From: Castellaniella sp.
Lineage (GTDB): Bacteria > Pseudomonadota > Gammaproteobacteria > Burkholderiales > Burkholderiaceae_B
Direction: 5' to 3'
Length of the DNA: 64,000 nt
Assembly: GCF_034675905.1 (NCBI RefSeq)
Contig: NZ_JAUCCV010000007.1
Span: forward strand, 86,677 to 150,676
Translations under genes and position numbers: made by a program
Shown here: positions 36,029 through 47,134 of the stretch, piece after piece
Layout: the number at the start of each line of letters is the position of its first letter
Position numbering within the stretch: the first letter of the stretch is position 1
Notes under the pieces: generated by a model
What the model saw: the letters and a program-made list of their open reading frames with translations, nothing else
Databases searched by the model: none
Told to the model about the DNA's origin: nothing

Positions 36029-36964
36029 ATGGAATTTTTCCGCATCCATCGCACCATCCCGTTCATGCGGCATGCGCTGATCCTGAACATCATCAGCCTG
36101 CTGACATTCCTGGCCGCCGTTTTCTTCATCGCTTCACGCGGCTTTCACCTGTCGATCGAATTCACCGGCGGCACGGTGATGGAAGTCCACTATGCCCAGA
36201 CGGCGCCCGTGGGCGACATCCGCACCGCCATCGATGCGCTGGGCTACAAGGACTTCCAGGTGCAGAACTTCGGCACCTCACAGGACGTGATGATCCGCCT
36301 GCCGATCCGTCCCAACGAAGACACCGCCACGCAAAGCCGCACGGTGCTGTCCGCCCTGCAGGCCCAGCACGCCGAGGTGCAGCTGCGCCGAGTCGAATTC
36401 GTCGGCCCGCAGGTGGGCCAGGAACTGCTGCACAACGGCCTGATGGCGCTGCTGTTCGTGGTGGTGGGCATCATGGCGTACCTGGCCGTGCGTTTCGAAT
36501 GGAAGCTGGCCGCCTCGTGCGCCATCGCCAACCTGCACGACGTGGTGATCATCCTGGGATTTTTCGCCTTCTTCCAGTGGGAATTCTCGCTGTCGGTGCT
36601 GGCCGGGGTGCTGGCCGTGCTGGGCTACTCGGTGAACGAATCTGTGGTGGTGATGGACCGGATCCGTGAAAATTTCCGCAAGATGCGCAAGGCCTCGGTG
36701 CGGGAAATCATCAACCTGTCCATCACGCAGAACATTTCCCGGACGATCATCACGCACGGTTCGACCCAGATGATGGTGCTGTCGATGTTCTTCTTCGGCG
36801 GCCCCACCCTGCACAACTTTTCCCTGGCCCTGACCATCGGGATCTGGTTCGGGATCTATTCGTCCGTGTTCGTCGCCGCCGCCCTGGCGATGTGGATGGG
36901 CATCCGCCGCGAAGACCTGGTCAAACACGTCAAAAAAGAAGGCACAGAAGTGGAATTGGGATAA
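36029..36964 (+). CDS. secF: protein translocase subunit SecF
   Basis: LSIEFTGG, VEFVGPQVG, GYSVNESVVVMDRIRE. Confidence 0.97.
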   Translation: MEFFRIHRTIPFMRHALILNIISLLTFLAAVFFIASRGFHLSIEFTGGTVMEVHYAQTAPVGDIRTAIDALGYKDFQVQNFGTSQDVMIRLPIRPNEDTATQSRTVLSALQAQHAEVQLRRVEFVGPQVGQELLHNGLMALLFVVVGIMAYLAVRFEWKLAASCAIANLHDVVIILGFFAFFQWEFSLSVLAGVLAVLGYSVNESVVVMDRIRENFRKMRKASVREIINLSITQNISRTIITHGSTQMMVLSMFFFGGPTLHNFSLALTIGIWFGIYSSVFVAAALAMWMGIRREDLVKHVKKEGTEVELG

Positions 36965-36969
36965 GCCAG

Positions 36970-37003
36970 GACGCGGACAGGTCCCTGCGGACCTGTCCGC
37001 GTC
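36970..37003. terminator. perfect 15-bp hairpin between convergent secF and CopC-like genes
   Basis: GACGCGGACAGGTCC-ctgc-GGACCTGTCCGCGTC. Confidence 0.65.
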
Positions 37004-37032
37004 TGTCTTATCGGAGCGGCCTGCAGAGGGCC

Positions 37033-37665
37033 TTACCTCTCAGTCGCCCGCCGCCCCAACGCCGCCACTCCCAGCACCGCCGCTGCCCCGGCGCACAGCG
37101 CCGGCAGCCCCCATTCCCCGCCTAAGCCCCACAACGCCATCACGCGATCCAGCTGGTAGCCGGTCGCCATCAGGCCTGCGCCGGTCAGCCCCAAGGTCGC
37201 CGATACGGCCTGTGGCCGAAACAAGAGCAGGGACACCACGCCGGCCGTCAAGACGATGATCGCCAGCCATAGCACGGCGTCGCGCAAGGGCACGGGAGAC
37301 GAAGGCCACAGGCGATCCAGGATGCCGGGCTCCTTCACTTGATACCCCAGCGTGCCGGATACCGCGACGCCGGCCAGGGATTCCACCTGCCAGTTCAGCG
37401 CATAGATGCCGTACGCCGCCTCGGGAGGCACGGGCACACGGAATTCTGCGCCGGCATCACGAATCGCATACAAAGGTTGCGCCAGCCCCTGCGGATCGAC
37501 CAGATCGATCCGCGCCATCCTGACGGCTTCACTGAACACCAGGGATATTTCTGCTGGCGGTTGAGCCAGGGTGCTGCCCGACGGCAAGGACGTCGCAACC
37601 AGTGCGGGGCCTCCCCAGGCAATCTGTGACCAGAGCAGCAGGCAGGCGGCAAGAAATGACTTCAC
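37033..37665 (-). CDS. CopC-like periplasmic domain plus C-terminal TM segments
   Basis: Signal peptide (GTG start, MKSFLAACLLLWSQIAWG), then LVATSLPSGSTLAQPPAEISLVFSEAV...GIYALNWQVES, then hydrophobic helices. Confidence 0.65.
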   Translation of the reverse strand: MKSFLAACLLLWSQIAWGGPALVATSLPSGSTLAQPPAEISLVFSEAVRMARIDLVDPQGLAQPLYAIRDAGAEFRVPVPPEAAYGIYALNWQVESLAGVAVSGTLGYQVKEPGILDRLWPSSPVPLRDAVLWLAIIVLTAGVVSLLLFRPQAVSATLGLTGAGLMATGYQLDRVMALWGLGGEWGLPALCAGAAAVLGVAALGRRATER

Positions 37666-37861
37666 GACATCGACGGGGCTGAATAACGTGCGCCAGTATA
37701 GGTCCTTTCCAGACCTTGGCCGCAGGCCACAAGGCCCTGTTCCCGGCGCCCTCCGCCCAAACCCGGATGACACGCCCATCCGGATACCCGGCCTGCAGTA
37801 AAATAGAAGATTACCCATCCTTTACCGCCCCCGGGATATAAACCCGCCCCGGCGATCCGAC

Positions 37862-39349
37862 ATGCAAGAAACCCCTGCACGCCGCCCAGGCGTCATCCCC
37901 GCTTCCCGTGAATCCGCAGACCACCTGAAAGACCAGGCCTGGCGCATGGCCCAGGATGAAACCCTGGCCAGCCTGCTGCAGCCCATGGAACCCGGCCAGC
38001 ACAAAAAATTGTTCATCCGCACCTTCGGCTGCCAGATGAACGAATACGATTCCGAAAAAATGGTCGACATCCTGCGCGCGAGCAAAGGTGTCGAACTGAC
38101 CGACACCCCGGATGACGCGGACATCATCCTGTTCAACACCTGTTCGGTGCGCGAAAAGGCGCAGGAAAAGGTCTTTTCCGACCTGGGCCGAGTCCAGCAT
38201 CTGAAGCAGGCCAAACCGCACCTGGTGATCGGCGTGGGCGGCTGTGTCGCCAGCCAGGAAGGCGAGGCCATCGTGCGCCGCGCCCCGTATGTCGATGTGG
38301 TGTTCGGCCCGCAGACCCTGCATCGCCTGCCCGAACTGATCGACCGCCGCCGTGCGACCGGAAAATCCCAGGTGGATATTTCCTTTCCGCTGATCGAGAA
38401 ATTCGACGCCCTGCCGCCTGCCCGCATGGAAGGGCCCACCGCTTTTGTCTCCATCATGGAAGGCTGCAGCAAATACTGCAGTTTCTGCGTGGTGCCCTAC
38501 ACCCGGGGGGCGGAAGTCTCGCGCCCCTTTGATGACGTGCTGACCGAAGTCGCCGATCTGGCCGACCAAGGAGTGCGCGAAGTCACGCTGCTGGGCCAGA
38601 ACGTCAATGCCTATCGCGGCCCCGTCGGAGACGCCGGAGACATTGCCGACTTCGCCATGCTGCTGGACTACGTCCACGATATTCCCGGCATCGAGCGCAT
38701 CCGCTACACCACGTCTCACCCGAAAGAAATGACCGCCCGCCTGATCGAGGCGCATGGGCGCTTGCCCAAGCTGGTGCCCTTTCTGCACCTGCCGGTGCAG
38801 GCAGGCAGCGACCGCGTGCTGGCCGCCATGAAACGCGGCTACACCGCCCTGGAATACAAATCCATCATCCGGCGCCTGAAAGCCGCACGGCCCGACATCA
38901 CGCTCTCCTCGGATTTCATCATCGGCTTTCCCGGTGAAACCGAAGAAGACTTCCAGAAAACGCTGGATCTGGTGCGTCATGTAGGTTTTGACCAGTCCTT
39001 TTCGTTTGTGTATTCCAAACGCCCCGGCACGCCGGCAGCCGATCTGGACGACCCCGTCCCCCAGGCCGACAAGCTGGACCGTCTGCACCGGCTGCAGACT
39101 CTGATCAATGAGCAGGCCGCCGCCTACAGCCAGGCCATGGTCGGCAGCATCCAGCGCCTGCTGGTCGAAGGCCCCTCCAAAAAGGACCCGCAGGACATGA
39201 AAGGCCGCACGGAAAACAACCGCATCGTCAACTTTGCCGGTCAGCCACGCCTGATCGGCCAGATCGTGGACGTGCGCATCACCCAGGCCCTGACCAATAC
39301 GCTGCGCGGCGAAATCGTCACCACCGAAACCGATCGGACGGGCGCATGA
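37862..39349 (+). CDS. miaB: tRNA-2-methylthio-N6-dimethylallyladenosine synthase (start uncertain)
   Basis: [28 protein letters not shown] radical SAM motif, C-terminal TRAM domain. Confidence 0.97.
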   Translation: MQETPARRPGVIPASRESADHLKDQAWRMAQDETLASLLQPMEPGQHKKLFIRTFGCQMNEYDSEKMVDILRASKGVELTDTPDDADIILFNTCSVREKAQEKVFSDLGRVQHLKQAKPHLVIGVGGCVASQEGEAIVRRAPYVDVVFGPQTLHRLPELIDRRRATGKSQVDISFPLIEKFDALPPARMEGPTAFVSIMEGCSKYCSFCVVPYTRGAEVSRPFDDVLTEVADLADQGVREVTLLGQNVNAYRGPVGDAGDIADFAMLLDYVHDIPGIERIRYTTSHPKEMTARLIEAHGRLPKLVPFLHLPVQAGSDRVLAAMKRGYTALEYKSIIRRLKAARPDITLSSDFIIGFPGETEEDFQKTLDLVRHVGFDQSFSFVYSKRPGTPAADLDDPVPQADKLDRLHRLQTLINEQAAAYSQAMVGSIQRLLVEGPSKKDPQDMKGRTENNRIVNFAGQPRLIGQIVDVRITQALTNTLRGEIVTTETDRTGA

Positions 39350-40365
39350 GCGATACCCGCACCAAACCCGCCGGCAACCGCCCCCTGTCGCTTCAATTGG
39401 CGGGCGACAACACACAACTGGCCAATCTGTGCGGCCCGCTGGACGAAAATCTGCGCCAGATCGCACAGGCCTATGACATCACCATCAGCCGGCGCGGCAA
39501 CCGCTTCAGCGTGCGCGGCAGCCGGGCCCGCGAGGCCGGCCGGGCGCTGCGCTGGTTTCACGAACGGTCGGCGCACACGCCGTTGTCGCTGGACGCCCTG
39601 CAGCTGGGTCTGGTTGAACTGAGCAGCCGCGGCACGGTTCCCGTTCGGGACGCAGCCCCGCGCCCCGACCTGCCCGAGCTGCCGCCCGTGGACGAAGACG
39701 GCATCAGCCTGCGCACCCGCAAATCCGATCTGCGGCCTCGCACCCCGCGCCAGCGCGATTATCTGAACGCCATCCTCAAGCACGACATCACCTTCGGCGT
39801 CGGCCCCGCCGGCACCGGCAAGACCTGGCTGGCCGTGGCCTGCGCCATCGATGCCCTGGAACGCGAATCCGTTTCCAGGCTGGTGCTGACCCGCCCCGCC
39901 GTGGAAGCCGGCGAACGCCTGGGCTTTCTGCCCGGCGACCTGGTGCAGAAAGTCGACCCCTATCTGCGTCCCCTGTACGACGCGCTGTACGACCTGCTGG
40001 GTTTTGAAAAAACCCAGCGCTTCTTTGAAAAACAGACCATCGAGATCGCGCCGCTGGCCTACATGCGCGGGCGCACGCTGAACCACGCCTTCATCATCCT
40101 GGACGAAGCCCAGAACACGACCCCGGAACAGATGAAGATGTTTCTGACGCGCATCGGCTTCGGCAGCAAGGCCGTGATCAACGGCGACCCTTCCCAGGTG
40201 GACCTGCCCAAGGGCCAGCAAAGCGGCCTGCTGCATGCCCTGGACGTGCTGGACGGCGTCTCCGGCATCGCCCAGACGCGCTTTACCAGCCGCGACGTCG
40301 TGCGCCACCCGCTGGTCGCCCGCATCGTGGATGCCTACGAACAGGCAGGGGACCATGTATCCTGA
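39346..40365 (+). CDS. PhoH family ATPase (YbeZ)
   Basis: [35 protein letters not shown]. Confidence 0.95.
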   Translation: MSDTRTKPAGNRPLSLQLAGDNTQLANLCGPLDENLRQIAQAYDITISRRGNRFSVRGSRAREAGRALRWFHERSAHTPLSLDALQLGLVELSSRGTVPVRDAAPRPDLPELPPVDEDGISLRTRKSDLRPRTPRQRDYLNAILKHDITFGVGPAGTGKTWLAVACAIDALERESVSRLVLTRPAVEAGERLGFLPGDLVQKVDPYLRPLYDALYDLLGFEKTQRFFEKQTIEIAPLAYMRGRTLNHAFIILDEAQNTTPEQMKMFLTRIGFGSKAVINGDPSQVDLPKGQQSGLLHALDVLDGVSGIAQTRFTSRDVVRHPLVARIVDAYEQAGDHVS

Positions 40366-40840
40366 TTTTTCCCTTGGCGTGCAATATGCCATCGCCGCCC
40401 CGATGCTGCCGCGCTGGCGTCTACGGCGCTGGGTGGGCCGCGCTCTGGCACAGGCCCTGGCCGCCCCGGACCCCCGCGCCGGCCAGCCCGTCGCTCTGAC
40501 CCTGCGCCTGGTCGATGCCGAAGAAGGCCGCAGCCTGAACGCCGCCTGGCGGCAACGCGACTATGCGACCAATGTGCTGACGTTTGAATATGGGGCGGAC
40601 CCGTCCGGCCTGATCAGCGGCGACATCGTGCTATGCCTGCCGGTACTGGAGCGCGAAGCCGCCGAACAGGGCAAGATCTTGCTGCACCATGCGGCCCATC
40701 TGACCACTCACGGGGTGCTGCATGCCCTGGGTTACGATCATATTCAGGCCGACGAGGCCGAGCGCATGGAGGCCCTGGAAACCGCCATTCTGGCCGCCCA
40801 AGGCATTCCTGATCCCTACCGCCAGACGGACGGCGCCTAA
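40355..40840 (+). CDS. ybeY: rRNA maturation RNase YbeY
   Basis: [20 protein letters not shown]. Confidence 0.95.
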   Translation: MYPDFSLGVQYAIAAPMLPRWRLRRWVGRALAQALAAPDPRAGQPVALTLRLVDAEEGRSLNAAWRQRDYATNVLTFEYGADPSGLISGDIVLCLPVLEREAAEQGKILLHHAAHLTTHGVLHALGYDHIQADEAERMEALETAILAAQGIPDPYRQTDGA

Positions 40841-40893
40841 GCGCGCCGTGTTATCGGTTATGCTACAGAATCCCTAGACTCGTCCTTCGGACA

Positions 40894-41781
40894 ATGCCAG
40901 ACCCTCACTCTTCAGACTCAGAACCCCGACCAACGCCGTCGGCCAATCCTTCCCTGTTCTCCCGACTCAAGGCTCTGCTGCGGCCATCGCCGCCTGCTGA
41001 CCGCGAGAGTATCCGGGCAGTCCTGGAAGCCGCACACGACCATTCCATCCTGGACGGCGAATCCTATGCCATGATCTCCGGCGCGCTCGAAGTCGCCGAC
41101 AAGACCGTGGCCGACATCATGGTGTCGCGTTCGCGCATGGATCTGCTGGACGTATCCCGGCCGCTGACCGAGCTGATGCCGGTGATCACCGAAACCGGGC
41201 ATTCCCGCTTTCCGGTCTACGAGGGCGATCGTGACAACATCATCGGGGTGCTGCTGGCCAAAGACCTGCTGCTGACCCTATCGGATCACGCGCTGGACCT
41301 GCGCGCCCTGATCCGCCCGCCGGTATTCATCCCCGAATCCAAGCGCCTGAACGAGCTGCTGCATGAATTCCGCATGAGCCGCAACCACCTGGCCATCGTC
41401 ATCGATGAACACGGCGGCATCGGCGGCCTGGTGACGATGGAAGACGTGCTGGAACAGATCGTGGGCGACATCGAAGACGAATTCGACGACGAAGACGACA
41501 AGACCATTTTCCGCACCGGGGACAATAGCTGGCGCGCCATGGGCACCACCGAAATCGAAGACTTCAACGAAGCCTTCGATGTCCACCTGCCCGACGAGGA
41601 CTACGACACCCTGAACGGCTGGCTGGCAGCTGAATTGGGCCACATCCCCCGGCGCGGCGAACGCTTCGAGGGTCAGGGCCTGGCCTTTACCGTGGTCGGC
41701 GCCGACGGCAAACGCGCCCGCTGGCTGCACGTCCAGCGCCTGAATGGCGCGCCGGACACCGCCCAGGCGCCGGATGCCTGA
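40894..41781 (+). CDS. corC: HlyC/CorC family CBS-domain Mg/Co efflux protein
   Basis: HSRFPV, GVLLAKDLL, DEHGGIGGLVTMEDVLEQIVGDIEDEFD. Confidence 0.92.
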   Translation: MPDPHSSDSEPRPTPSANPSLFSRLKALLRPSPPADRESIRAVLEAAHDHSILDGESYAMISGALEVADKTVADIMVSRSRMDLLDVSRPLTELMPVITETGHSRFPVYEGDRDNIIGVLLAKDLLLTLSDHALDLRALIRPPVFIPESKRLNELLHEFRMSRNHLAIVIDEHGGIGGLVTMEDVLEQIVGDIEDEFDDEDDKTIFRTGDNSWRAMGTTEIEDFNEAFDVHLPDEDYDTLNGWLAAELGHIPRRGERFEGQGLAFTVVGADGKRARWLHVQRLNGAPDTAQAPDA

Positions 41782-41805
41782 TCCCACCTTCCGCGGCCCG
41801 CTGTC

Positions 41806-43479
41806 ATGACGTCCAGCCCCGCGCTTTCCGCATCCCTGGCGCCTGCCAGTCAGGCCGCCGCCGCACATCGGCACGGCTGGCGCAACCAGCTCTGGGTGCT
41901 GCTGGCCGGAGCCATACAGGCGCTTTGCTTCGCCCCCGGCCCCCTGCCCGCCTGGAGTCTGCCTTTCGTGCAGATCGCCAGCCTGGCCATTCTGGCCGCC
42001 CATGTCTGGGGGGCCTCGGGACCGCGGCAGGCAGCTGCTTACGGCTGGCTGTTCGGACTGGCGCAGTTCACCATCGGGGTGTACTGGCTGACCATCAGCA
42101 TGCATCAATTCGGCGGGCTGGCCCTGCCCCTGGCCATCGGCGCGCTGCTGCTGTTCGCCGCCGCCATGGCGCTCTATGCGGCCGGCGCCTGCGCCCTGAG
42201 CGCGTGGCTGTGCGCCGCCCATAAAAATCCGGAACAAACCGCACTGCGGCAAATCCTGAACGCCGCGACCTGGGCCTGCGCCTGGGCGCTGTTCGAATGG
42301 CTGCGCGGGACCTTGTTCACCGGTTTCACCTGGCTGAACGTCGGCTACGCCCATGCCGAAGGCATGTTCGCCGCCTGGGCGCCCTTTATCGGCGTCTATG
42401 GCGTGGCCTGGCTGTCTGCCTTCGCCGCTGGGTCCATCGCCCTGATGGCCCGCGCCAAGGACACCTCGTATGATCGCAGCGCGGCCGCCACGATCGCCCT
42501 GACGCTGCTGACCGGCCTGCTGGGCATTGCCTGGACCCACATCGACTGGTCACAGACGCATGGCCAGCCTCTGTTGATCCGCTTGGTGCAACCCGCTACG
42601 CCGCAATCGGAAAAATTCGACCCTGCCAGCTTTCCCGCCACACAGGCCCGCGCCCGCCAACTGGCAGGCCTGACGGCCAAGACGGCGCAGGACCGCCCTG
42701 CGCTGATCATCCTGCCCGAAACCGTCATGCCGATCTTCCAGGATCAGGCGCCGCTGGCCATCTGGCAGCCCTGGCTGGACCTGGCCCGACAGATGGACGC
42801 CAGCTTGGTCCTGGGGCTCCCCCTGCACGAGCGCACCGCCACGGGTGATCGCTATACCAATGGCGCAACCGTCATCCACCCCGACGACTCTGCCCCTCCT
42901 CTGAGTCCCGGACAATGGCGCTACGACAAACACCATCTGGTCCCTTTCGGCGAATTCATCCCCCCGGGGTTCCGCTGGTTCGTCCAGGCCCTGCAAATTC
43001 CGCTGGGGGATTTCGACCGGGGGGCGCTGCGCCAGCCGCCGCTATCGCTGGCGGGCCAGTCCCTGGCGGTGAATATCTGCTACGAAGATGCCTTCGGCGA
43101 AGAAATTGCCAGGGCGGTCGCCCCAGGCGAAGACGGCGCACCCGGCGCCAACATTCTGGTCAATCTGAGCAATCTGGCCTGGTTCGGCGATACCTGGGCC
43201 TTGCGCCAGCACCTGTGGATCGCCCGGATGCGGGCGCTGGAAACCGCCCGGCCGGTCATCCGCGCCACCAATACCGGCATGACTGCCGCCATCGACCCTA
43301 ATGGTCAGGTGCGCGGCCAGCTGGATCCAGCCATTCCCGGAGTGCTGGACGTGGAGATCCAGGGCGCCCAAGGCCTGACCCCCTACGTGCGGTGGGGCAA
43401 CCTGCCGATCCTGATCTGGGTACTGCTGGGGCTGTTCTTGGCCTGGCGCTACCGGCGGCCCGCCCGCACCGACGCCTGA
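41806..43479 (+). CDS. lnt: apolipoprotein N-acyltransferase
   Basis: ILPET, YDKHHLVPFGE, ICYED catalytic triad motifs. Confidence 0.96.
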   Translation: MTSSPALSASLAPASQAAAAHRHGWRNQLWVLLAGAIQALCFAPGPLPAWSLPFVQIASLAILAAHVWGASGPRQAAAYGWLFGLAQFTIGVYWLTISMHQFGGLALPLAIGALLLFAAAMALYAAGACALSAWLCAAHKNPEQTALRQILNAATWACAWALFEWLRGTLFTGFTWLNVGYAHAEGMFAAWAPFIGVYGVAWLSAFAAGSIALMARAKDTSYDRSAAATIALTLLTGLLGIAWTHIDWSQTHGQPLLIRLVQPATPQSEKFDPASFPATQARARQLAGLTAKTAQDRPALIILPETVMPIFQDQAPLAIWQPWLDLARQMDASLVLGLPLHERTATGDRYTNGATVIHPDDSAPPLSPGQWRYDKHHLVPFGEFIPPGFRWFVQALQIPLGDFDRGALRQPPLSLAGQSLAVNICYEDAFGEEIARAVAPGEDGAPGANILVNLSNLAWFGDTWALRQHLWIARMRALETARPVIRATNTGMTAAIDPNGQVRGQLDPAIPGVLDVEIQGAQGLTPYVRWGNLPILIWVLLGLFLAWRYRRPARTDA

Positions 43480-43480
43480 T

Positions 43481-46385
43481 TCAAGCGTGCGGCGCTCTGG
43501 CGTCGCGCAAACGCTGCTCGAAGCTGTCCTGATCCAGCGGCTCGCCCAGCCAGAATCCCTGCCCGGCGTCGCAACCCATATCGCGCAATAGCTTGTACTG
43601 CGCCTGGCTGGCGATGCCTTCGGCAATGACCCGCATGCCCAGGCGATGCGCCAGGGCCACGACGGATTCGCAGACCAGCCGGGCGGCTTCGTTATCGGAT
43701 ACCTGTTCCGTGACTTCGCGTTCCAGCTTCAGCGTCTCGAACAGCAGATCGCGGGAGGCCAGCAACGCGGGCATGCCGACAGATACCGCCCCCACGCTGA
43801 AACGCATGCCCAGATGATGCAGATAATGCAAGCGATCCCGCATCAGAGGGCCCAGATTCATCAGCAGATGTTCATTGAATTCCAGGGACAGGCAGTCCGG
43901 CGGCAGCCCCTGGGCGTCCAACAGACCGAGCACGGCTTCCAGGCCGGCTTGGGCCAGGCTGAACTGGCCGGGCGATACATTCACGGTCAGACGCAGATCG
44001 GGCGCCATGTCCTGGCGCCACACCCCCAATTGCTGGATGGCTTCACGGAACACCCAATCGCCCAGCGGCTGCATGAGCTGGCGCTCTTCGGCAAACGGAA
44101 TGAAATCCATAGGGGCGATGACACCAAAGGCAGGGTGACGCCACCGCAGCAAGGCCTCGGCCTTGATGATTTGCCCGGTCCGGAAGGAATAGATCGGCTG
44201 ATACAGCAGGAAGAACTGGCCCGCCTCGATGGCCTCGGGCAGCGCCACCAGCAGGTCATGCTGCATGCTGGCCCGGTCTCGCATGGACTGGTCGAAATAC
44301 TGATAGCCATTGCGGCCGGCTGCCTTGGCTTGATACATGGCCATATCGACATGGCGCATCAGCATTTCAGCATTGTCCGCATCAGCCGGATACAAGGCGA
44401 CCCCCAGGCTGGCGGATATCTGGATCATATTGCCTGCCAGCGAATAGGGCTCGGTGATGCCATCCAGCAAGCGCCGGCACAAGGCATCCAGCTGCAGCTT
44501 GTCCAGCCGCGGTCCGTCTGATTTTTCAGCCACCAGGATGACGAACTCATCCCCGCCCAGGCGGGCGATGAAGTGAAGATCATCCGTGCAACTGCGCAGA
44601 CGCTTGGCGACCTCGCTCAGCAGATGATCGCCCATCTCATGCCCCATGGAATCATTGACCTCTTTGAACAGGTCCAGATCCAGAAACAACAGGGCTATGG
44701 ATTGCGTCTGGCGGTCGGCCTCGTCCACCGATACTTTCAGGTGCTCGTTGAAATACTGGCGGTTGGGCAAGCCAGTCAGGGGATCATGGTGCGCCTGATT
44801 CCAGATGGCTGTCTCTACCTGTTTTTTCTGTGTCACATCGCTGAGCATCACCACCCGGCAATTGACCGAGCCATCGTGATTCCAGGCGGTATCCAGCACC
44901 ACGCGCTGGGCATATTCCTCGCCGGATTTGCGCTGCAGCCAGTATTCGCCTTCCCAGCGGCCTTTGGTATTGATGGCATGCCACATCTGGTCGTAGAAAT
45001 CCCGGTTATGGCGACCTGGCCGCAGCAGCACCAGCAATTCACCGGCGACTTCATCGGGCCAATAACCCGTCATGCGGGAATAGGCAGGATTGACGTCGAT
45101 GATGACGCCGGTGGCGTCGGTAATGGCGATGGCCTCGCTGCTGTTTTCATAAGCAATCGCAGCCAACTGGGCGGAGGATTCCGCCTGCTTGCTTTCAGTA
45201 ATGTCCTGCACCAGCCCGATGAGGGCGGCGTCATCGCCTGTCCCCACCAGCGTGATAAAGATCTCGATGTCGAACAATGAGCCGTCTTTGCGACGGCCAT
45301 GACGCTCGAACCGCAGTGTCGAAATCTTCTGATTGCGGCCGGATTTCAAGGCCTCGTCAACCAGATAGCGTTCCCGGGGGGCAATGATGGACAACAGCGT
45401 CAGGTGTCCGATCATCTCGTCAGGCATATAGCCGAAAATATCAGCCATTTTTTGGCTGACGAAACTGAAACGGTCACGGGCGATCAGGAAAATCCCCACC
45501 AAGGCATTGGACGCCAAGCCCTGAAAGATAATTTCAGACCGCTGCAACCCTTCCTGGTCTTCGCGCATCTGGGTCAGCAGTTCGTGAATCTGCTGCGCGC
45601 CCGCATTGTAGGCGTGGGCGATTTCAGTGATCTCGCCCACGCCCGCAGGCGCCACCCGAGTCGTGTAATCGCCCTGCAAGAGATCCCGAGCAGCGAGATT
45701 CAAGGTTCGCAGCGGCAGCAAGACGCCACGGCGCACCAACAGAAACACCCCCACCAATAGACCGAGATCCAGCAAAATCAGAGCAATCAACCAGTTCAGC
45801 GCCTGGCTCTTGGCGCCGTGCAAGATGGGCATCAACGCGTCCGACGCCGCATTGAGCGTACCCAGCAAAGTACCGGCATCGTCCGCGATCCACTGGCGCT
45901 GCACCGCATGCGGCAAATCCCGCTTTTCAGCCGCGGCATCCCCCCAGGAATAGGAGTCCAGCATGACCGCCTGCAGGCGCCCGCGCAACACCACCCAATC
46001 GCGCTGTATCTTGGGCAGCAGCAGACGAACCGGCGCCTGTCGCAATGCGGAAATCTCGCGGTCCCCTACGACCCCCCCCCTGATCCAGGGCCCGCAGGGC
46101 CAGATCCATGGCATCGATTTCCTTGCTGATCTGCCCGGTCTGCAGCAAGCCGCCATCGGCCAGCCGCATCGCCCGCACCGCCAGTTGCTGACTGAGCGTG
46201 CGCATGCTGCCCAGCGTCGCCGACTGATCCAGCGCGGCGTCATAGCGCGACATGAGCGAATACACCAAAGCCGCATTGCCCAGCACAAAGGCCAGCATCA
46301 CACCATAAAAGACAGCCGATATTGACCTGAGCCCGAACAAGATGCGGGCGGCAGGCCCTGCTGGTTTCGAAAATCGTGGGCGCAT
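43481..46385 (-). pseudogene. membrane sensor-HAMP-PAS-PAS-GGDEF-EAL protein, frameshifted at a G9 tract
   Basis: N-terminal part in ORF 45927-46385 (TM plus NarX/PilJ-like), remainder in ORF 43481-46288. Frames switch at the C9 run 46072-46080 (G9 on the coding strand); G8 gives LDQGGVVGDREIS. GGDEF intact; EAL present but DDFGTG replaced by GAVSVG. Confidence 0.85.
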
Positions 46386-46610
46386 GCGATCCTGATGGTT
46401 AAGGAATGGCGGTTATCAGCCGCCGCCAGGGATGTTCCCCTGTTGCCACCAAGCATGTTACCGGATATGCCAACAAAGACAATCCGACAAAAGCCCGATT
46501 CCTGGCGGGAAATCAAGCTTTTGCCAGGAAGATATGAAAAAGCGCTGCAATGGCCGACGCAACGTACGCCGGCACTACCGCCTCACTACCGGTAAAAAGG
46601 CGGAAAAAGT

Positions 46611-46731
46611 GGAATTTTGGAATGTGGTTTGGAAGTTTGGAAGGAAATTCGAGGCGAAAAAAAGCACCTACATGATGTAGATGCTTGATTTCACTGAATT
46701 ATTTGGCGGAGCGCAGCGTTTCAATTCCAAA
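46611..46731. other. att-like junction: arm-like repeats around a tRNA 3'-end remnant
   Basis: TTTGGAA x3 (46616-46642); TGGCGGAG at 46704-46711 reads CTCCGCCA on the minus strand (tRNA-Ser-like 3' end); inverted TTCCAAA at 46725-46731. Marks the switch from host to phage genes. Confidence 0.6.
46657..46686 (-). terminator. intrinsic terminator downstream of the tRNA 3'-end remnant
   Basis: Minus strand AAGCATCTAC-atcat-GTAGGTGCTT-TTTTT, with one G-U pair consistent with this orientation. Confidence 0.65.
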
Positions 46732-46744
46732 AAAATGATGTAAA

Positions 46745-46800
46745 TTAGCGGTAGCTAATTAGCGTTGGCTATTGACTTAACCTTAGTCATGGCTAATAAT
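46745..46800 (+). promoter_or_regulatory. O_L/P_L-like operator-promoter
   Basis: TTAG-N6-CTAA at 46745-46758 and 46783-46796, one-mismatch copy at 46759-46772; TTGACT (46772-46777) with AATAAT (46795-46800). Confidence 0.8.
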
Positions 46801-46833
46801 CCTCTCGAAGCCACAGCTATTTGAGAGGAAAAA

Positions 46834-47043
46834 ATGACCATCGCCACCACCTCTACAGCCGCCGATCTGTTCGTGTCGTCTGTTGCCCGTATTCAAGATC
46901 AACTGGCCCGCCTGCGGGCCGCTGCCGACAACCACTTCGATGCCGATCCCTCCCGGATCAACTGGGGGCACGTTGGCGACCTCGGTCGCATCGAGGCCGC
47001 CCTGAAAAACGCCTGTGCTGTCGCCTTTAACGAGGCCGAGTGA
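46834..47043 (+). CDS. small phage hypothetical protein (DNHFDADPSRINWGHVGDL)
   Basis: 69 aa, RBS GAGAGG, first gene after P_L. Confidence 0.75.
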   Translation: MTIATTSTAADLFVSSVARIQDQLARLRAAADNHFDADPSRINWGHVGDLGRIEAALKNACAVAFNEAE

Positions 47044-47134
47044 CCCCACACCCTGCCCCTGCCCGCGCGGAGGCATGAGCGGGGTCATTCGGCCCTTCCT
47101 GCAGCGTCAGTCAACCATCTATAGGAGTTTCTCC

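Noticed and set aside
46432-46680. 82-aa ORF called as an integrase gene
   Set aside because: Only the RRHY-like tail resembles an integrase and no upstream His-box is present; mentioned as a possibility under the att finding but not annotated.
46690-46730. Complete tRNA gene
   Set aside because: Only an 8-13 nt 3'-end-like fragment is present; no T-loop (TTCGA) or cloverleaf can be built.
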